From: a bacterium | Lineage (GTDB): Bacteria > UBA8248 | Length of the DNA stretch: 64,000 bases | NCBI GenBank assembly: GCA_965204535.1 | Contig: OZ241996.1 | Location: 480,001 to 544,000, forward strand | Direction of reading: 5' to 3' | Part shown: positions 60,501 through 64,000 of the stretch, in pieces | Numbering within the stretch: the stretch's first letter is position 1 | Layout: every line of letters starts with the position of its first letter | Made by a program: the position numbers and the translations under genes | Notes under the pieces: generated by a model | The model's input: the letters and a program-made list of their open reading frames with translations, nothing else | What the model was told of the DNA's origin: nothing | Database searches by the model: none

Positions 60501-62259
60501 AAGCGCAGCAGATGAAAATCCGAATGTGGACTATCCTGAGCTTGAGCGGCGCGTCGCCGAGACATATGCCGCTCGTTCGACGGCAACAAACAAGAACAGC
60601 CTTTATGACACTTACAAAATGGCGATCCGCTGGGCTTCCGACCGTATTGGCGAGCAGGGTGTCGTCGCTTTCGTAACGAATGGTTCATGGATTGACGGCA
60701 ACGTGGATTCAGGTGTGCGCGCCTGTCTGGCGGAGGAGTTCAGCGCGATATACGTTCTGAATCTGCGGGGGAATGCGCGGACATCGGGCGAATTGCGACG
60801 TTCCGAAGGCGACAACGCTTTCGGTCAGGGTTCCCGTGCTCCGGTGGCGATCACGATACTCGTTCGCAACCAGAACGCCACGGGCGAGGATTGCCGCATT
60901 CACTACTGCGACATCGGCGATTATCTCAAGCGCGAGAAGAAATTATCGATCCTGCGTGAGGCCGAGTCGATTGTGGGAATCGAGGACTGGCGAGAGATTT
61001 CGCCCGATGATCACCACGACTGGATCGGTCAGCGCAACGCAGAGTTTCAAAATTTCAGACCGTTGGGGTCGAAGGACGCAAAGGCCGGCAGGGTGGATGA
61101 GGCGATATTCGAACTTTATTCGTCAGGGATAAAAACTGGCAAAGATGTGTATATGTGTAATTTTTCCCACGACATTTGCGCGGAAAATGCCAGTAGGATG
61201 GTGGAAGACTACATGGGTGCGATGGGGGAATTAAAAGGATCTGGCAACCAGCTCCCAGATATTGACAGCATTATTCGCAACTATTCCTCAAACCTTCGGT
61301 GGGACAGAGAACTCAAAAACAATTTGAAGAGAACAAAAACAGTTTGTTATCAGCCAGACAACATCATGAAGACTCAGTACCGTCCCTTTGTAAAGCAACA
61401 CTGTTACGTTGAATATCTATTCGTACAGATGAAATACCGAATGGATAGCATCTTTCCGTCTGCCGACAGCGAAAACCGAGCGATCTGCATTCCGGGCGTC
61501 GGTTCCACCAAGCCGTTCTCGACACTCGTGGTCGATATGATGCCGGACATCCAACTGATGTTTAATGGTCAATGCTTTTCACGCTTTCGGTATCAGGAGC
61601 AAGCCTACGCGCAGGTCGACCTTCCTGGCTTTGAAGAAAAGCTGATGCAGGTGGACAACATCACGGATACTGCCTTGCGAACTTTCCGCGTTCATTACAA
61701 GGATAATCAGATTAGCAAGGATGCGATTTTCGACTACATTTACGGCGTGCTCCACGCCTCCGACTATCGGGAACGCTTCGCCAACGACCTCTCGAAAGAG
61801 TTGCCGCGCATCCCCCTGGCCCCTGATTTTCACGCTTTCGCTGAAGCCGGGCGCGCGCTGGCGGAACTCCATCTGGGCTACGAGACCTGCGCGGAATACC
61901 CGCTTGAAATGACTTTTGCGGGAGAGGGCGAACCACGCCGGGAACATTTCCGCATTAGTAAGATGCGTTTTTCAGATAAGGAGGAGAAAACGACTCTCAT
62001 CGTCAACGATTTCGTGAGCTTGCGCGGTATCCCCCAAGAGGCTCATCACTATGTCGTCAACGGGAGGGCGCCCCTTGAGTGGTTCATCGACCGCTACCGG
62101 ATTACACAGGACAAGCAAAGCGGCATTATCAACGACCCCAACGGGTGGTTCGACGACCCGAGGGACTTGATAACCGCAATTCGGCGGGTCGTGCACGTGA
62201 GCGTGGAAACCGCCCGCATCGTCAGCGGTTTGCCGGAATCCTTGCCCTCTGAATCCTGA
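57517..62259 (+). CDS. Type ISP restriction-modification enzyme (LlaGI/LlaBIII-like)
   Basis: Mrr-like nuclease (DTGVDL..QCKCY), SF2 helicase (MACGTGKT, DEAH, TAT, QAVGRAMR), MTase (DPFTGTG, NPPW) and C-terminal TRD. Confidence 0.93.
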   Translation: MSVSFHEMLDQIRAVSDSEREKGGRFERVMKKFFAEDPLYKERFSNVWLWSEWAARHSGFDGSDTGVDLVAEESEGGYCAIQCKCYAPDTRISKPDIDSFISASARDPFTARIVVDTGHPWGPNAKKTIAGLKPKCDRLCLDDLIHRCFDWPDLVHEEPEDLRYRPETFRLRPHQREAFDDCMARFREHDRGKLIMACGTGKTFTALRIAEAVAGVGGRVLYLVPSISLFAQSMREWATQKDIRHRYIGICSDTRAGKRDEDASLEELEIPVTTEPSKISKALQLAGARAMTVVFCTYHSLPLVEDAQKEGAPPFDLILCDEAHRTTGIERPEDEKTSPFVLVHDGEKIKAEKRLYMTATPRLYTASAKEKAARHEVEVFSMDDEATYGPEFHRLHFSRAVEQDLLSDYKVVVLGVYEQQADVMLTRHLASKDSDIPIPDAAKVVGCWRALQNPENKGKDEGSIRPLKRAIAFTNTIESSQRLEAHWEDLITQERDRLPEEERADALQCKTRHVDGQQNALDRKNSIDWLKGDSEEENGACRILSNARCLSEGIDVPALDAVLFMSPRNSHVDIVQAVGRAMRKAEGKEYGYIILPIAVPAGVDPARALDRNEQFEVVWSVLRALRSHDDRLDAEINKIDLNKALPEGIIIFDGEGSEKVDVSELPFPPVELPPGAMFAKIVDKCGDRKYWQSWAEDVADIFTRLVERIGNLLKSPENVTLREWFGDFHEELKISINESITRESAVDMMAQHILTRPVFEALFEGYDFAAGNPVSQALDRLRADFVEFGLENEIRDMEPFYESVRNRARGLDNSEARQRVLMELYENFFATAMKKDADRLGIVYTPPEVVDFILHSADHVLQEEFGRSLSEEGVHLLDPFTGTGIFLVRLIQSALIHDADLLRKYREELHANEIILLAYYIAAIHIEEAFHGRLGPETEYEPFDGIVLTDTFNLHTEKTGFPKTWLPDNSARVERQQKSPIQVVVGNPPWSVGQRSAADENPNVDYPELERRVAETYAARSTATNKNSLYDTYKMAIRWASDRIGEQGVVAFVTNGSWIDGNVDSGVRACLAEEFSAIYVLNLRGNARTSGELRRSEGDNAFGQGSRAPVAITILVRNQNATGEDCRIHYCDIGDYLKREKKLSILREAESIVGIEDWREISPDDHHDWIGQRNAEFQNFRPLGSKDAKAGRVDEAIFELYSSGIKTGKDVYMCNFSHDICAENASRMVEDYMGAMGELKGSGNQLPDIDSIIRNYSSNLRWDRELKNNLKRTKTVCYQPDNIMKTQYRPFVKQHCYVEYLFVQMKYRMDSIFPSADSENRAICIPGVGSTKPFSTLVVDMMPDIQLMFNGQCFSRFRYQEQAYAQVDLPGFEEKLMQVDNITDTALRTFRVHYKDNQISKDAIFDYIYGVLHASDYRERFANDLSKELPRIPLAPDFHAFAEAGRALAELHLGYETCAEYPLEMTFAGEGEPRREHFRISKMRFSDKEEKTTLIVNDFVSLRGIPQEAHHYVVNGRAPLEWFIDRYRITQDKQSGIINDPNGWFDDPRDLITAIRRVVHVSVETARIVSGLPESLPSES

Positions 62260-62872
62260 ACATCTACCTACCACGCATTTCCCCGCAATTGCCGTACTCT
62301 CTGACATCGCGGATTCCGGTATCGTGCGCGCGTCGCGGGAAAACGATTCGCCCGCATGATTTGGAATGGAACGAAAAGGCGAGGGGGCTTTCTCATGGGA
62401 TCAGGCGAAGGGTCGAGAATGAAGACGGCAATCCCGGAAGAGCGCGGGCGGCTCGCGAGCCGCCCCTACGAAGGCATAAACCTTGCTCCTTGCTCGCGTT
62501 TTGTCACCGAGAGCCGGGGAGGCGCGCTCATGGAACGGGGATGGACGATGAAAATGAAAATAATGATATTTCCCGTAAATATCGAGAAATTCACGGGGTT
62601 TTTCGATAAATTTCTGAAAAATAACGTCCAGATAAATGATTGTAATCAAAAGGGTTATCACATAAATCTGAGCGTTCTGCACTCAGATATAGCGGCAAAA
62701 AAAGTTTTTTGGTTCCCGCGCATTTGCCCGCAACTGCCCGCATTTCCTCCCGCGCCGCATCACGCCCACAAACCTTCATTCATCAACCGGGTTTGATCAA
62801 CCAGCATGGCGGCGTCCTGTGCCTTGGGGTATGGTGTCGCCCAACCATTCACCTCCAGATAGGGAACGCGAC

Positions 62873-63886
62873 ATGAAAGTAGGGCTCTTCATCACCAACC
62901 AGCAGTACCTCGAAACCGACATGGTCAGCGCCCTGGACGAGCAGTACGCCATGGTGCGCCTGGCGCGCGACAGGGGCTGGGACTCGCTCTTCACCGGGCA
63001 GCACTACCTGAACGAGGGCAACAACAAGCAGCTCCAGATCGTGCCCTTCCTTGCGCGCTTACAGGCCGAAGCGGGCGAGATGACGCTCGGGCTCGGCATC
63101 CTGCTCATCAACCTGCACAACCCGGTCTACGTCGCCGAGACGGTGGCGACGATGGACGTCCTCTGCCGGGGGAACTTCGTGTTCGGGGTCGGGCTGGGCT
63201 ACCGCGAGGCGGAGTTCGACGCCTTCCGCGTTCCCAAGGGGCAGCGCGTACGCCGCTTCGAGGAGTGCCTGGAACTCGTGAAGCGCCTCTGGACGGAGGA
63301 GGAAGTCACCTGGGAGGATGAGGTCTGCAAACTCGACGGCGTGCGCATGAACATCCGCCCCGTGCAGAAGCCCTACCCGCCGATCTGGGTGGCGGCCAAT
63401 AATGACAGGGCCATCGAGCGCGCCGCCCGCATCGGCGACAACTGGTTCATCAACCCCCACTCCACAACGGCGACCATCAAGCGGCAGATGGCGCTCTACC
63501 GCGCGGAACTCGACCGCTGCGGCAAGCCGTTTCCGGCGGAATTCCCCTGCATCAAGGAGGTCTTCTGCAGCCATGACAAGAAGAGCGCCCTCGAGATGGC
63601 GGGGCCCTATCTGTTCGGGAAGTACCGGGATTACGCCAAGTGGGGCCAGGACGACGCCATGCCGGAAGATGAGAGCTTCGATCAGGAATTCGACGATCTG
63701 CTCAAGGACCGCTTCGTCCTCGGCTCGCCCGAGGAGTGCTACGAGCAGCTTCGCCCCTACTGGGAGGAAGTGGGGATGAACCACCTCGTCATCCGCACCC
63801 ACTGGGCGGGGATGCCGCTATCCACGGCGCTTCACAGCATGCGGATGATCTCGGACGAACTCATGCCGGCGCTCCGGAAGATCTGA
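62873..63886 (+). CDS. LLM-class flavin-dependent oxidoreductase
   Basis: NPVYVAE..ATMD, GVGLGYR..EF, PVQKPYPPIWVAA and RAARIG. Confidence 0.9.
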   Translation: MKVGLFITNQQYLETDMVSALDEQYAMVRLARDRGWDSLFTGQHYLNEGNNKQLQIVPFLARLQAEAGEMTLGLGILLINLHNPVYVAETVATMDVLCRGNFVFGVGLGYREAEFDAFRVPKGQRVRRFEECLELVKRLWTEEEVTWEDEVCKLDGVRMNIRPVQKPYPPIWVAANNDRAIERAARIGDNWFINPHSTTATIKRQMALYRAELDRCGKPFPAEFPCIKEVFCSHDKKSALEMAGPYLFGKYRDYAKWGQDDAMPEDESFDQEFDDLLKDRFVLGSPEECYEQLRPYWEEVGMNHLVIRTHWAGMPLSTALHSMRMISDELMPALRKI

Positions 63887-64000
63887 GGGTTTCCGTGCAC
63901 AACTGGCTGAATCATGGTATAGTGAGGCCATATTAAAATAGCACATGGCCGCAAAATGTGGGGGATCGATATGTCTGAAAAAAGGATGATATCTTTCGTT

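Noticed and set aside
63971-64000. Possible start of the next gene (ATGTCTGAAAAAAGG...)
   Set aside because: Only 10 codons are visible, too few to support a call

Overview
This is a high-GC bacterial chromosomal window with about 55 supportable genes. Most are catabolic or housekeeping: a hydantoinase/oxoprolinase A+B operon, a sarcosine-oxidase-like gene, an amidase, PLP, TPP and LLM enzymes, a divergent SucCD-like CoA ligase, an Fe3+-family ABC transporter and a complete mrpABCDEFG antiporter. Accessory modules are three toxin-antitoxin-like pairs, arsC plus an aquaporin, a Type II-like RM pair, a Type ISP RM enzyme and one intact IS1182-family element. Intergenic spacers are packed with nested REP/MITE repeats. 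Main observations: (1) a 191-bp segment upstream of a TbpB-like surface lipoprotein carries a sigma70-like promoter between perfect 16-bp inverted repeats of tyrosine-recombinase-site architecture, a candidate phase-variable inverton apparently in the OFF orientation; (2) a two-domain rhodanese has an in-frame TGA at its catalytic Cys position followed by a SECIS-like hairpin, a probable selenoprotein truncated by the ORF track; (3) the asparaginase, RM and ars cassettes are each bracketed by 70-140 bp diverged duplicates of neighbouring gene ends or promoters; (4) the IS1182 element sits in the loop of a MITE hairpin with a 5-bp target duplication, and many orphan IS-like ends bracket other repeats; (5) there is a signal-less BtuF-like plus DUF5522/Dph6-like module and an NPCA-repeat cytochrome c. 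All product calls come from motif recognition; no database search was run.
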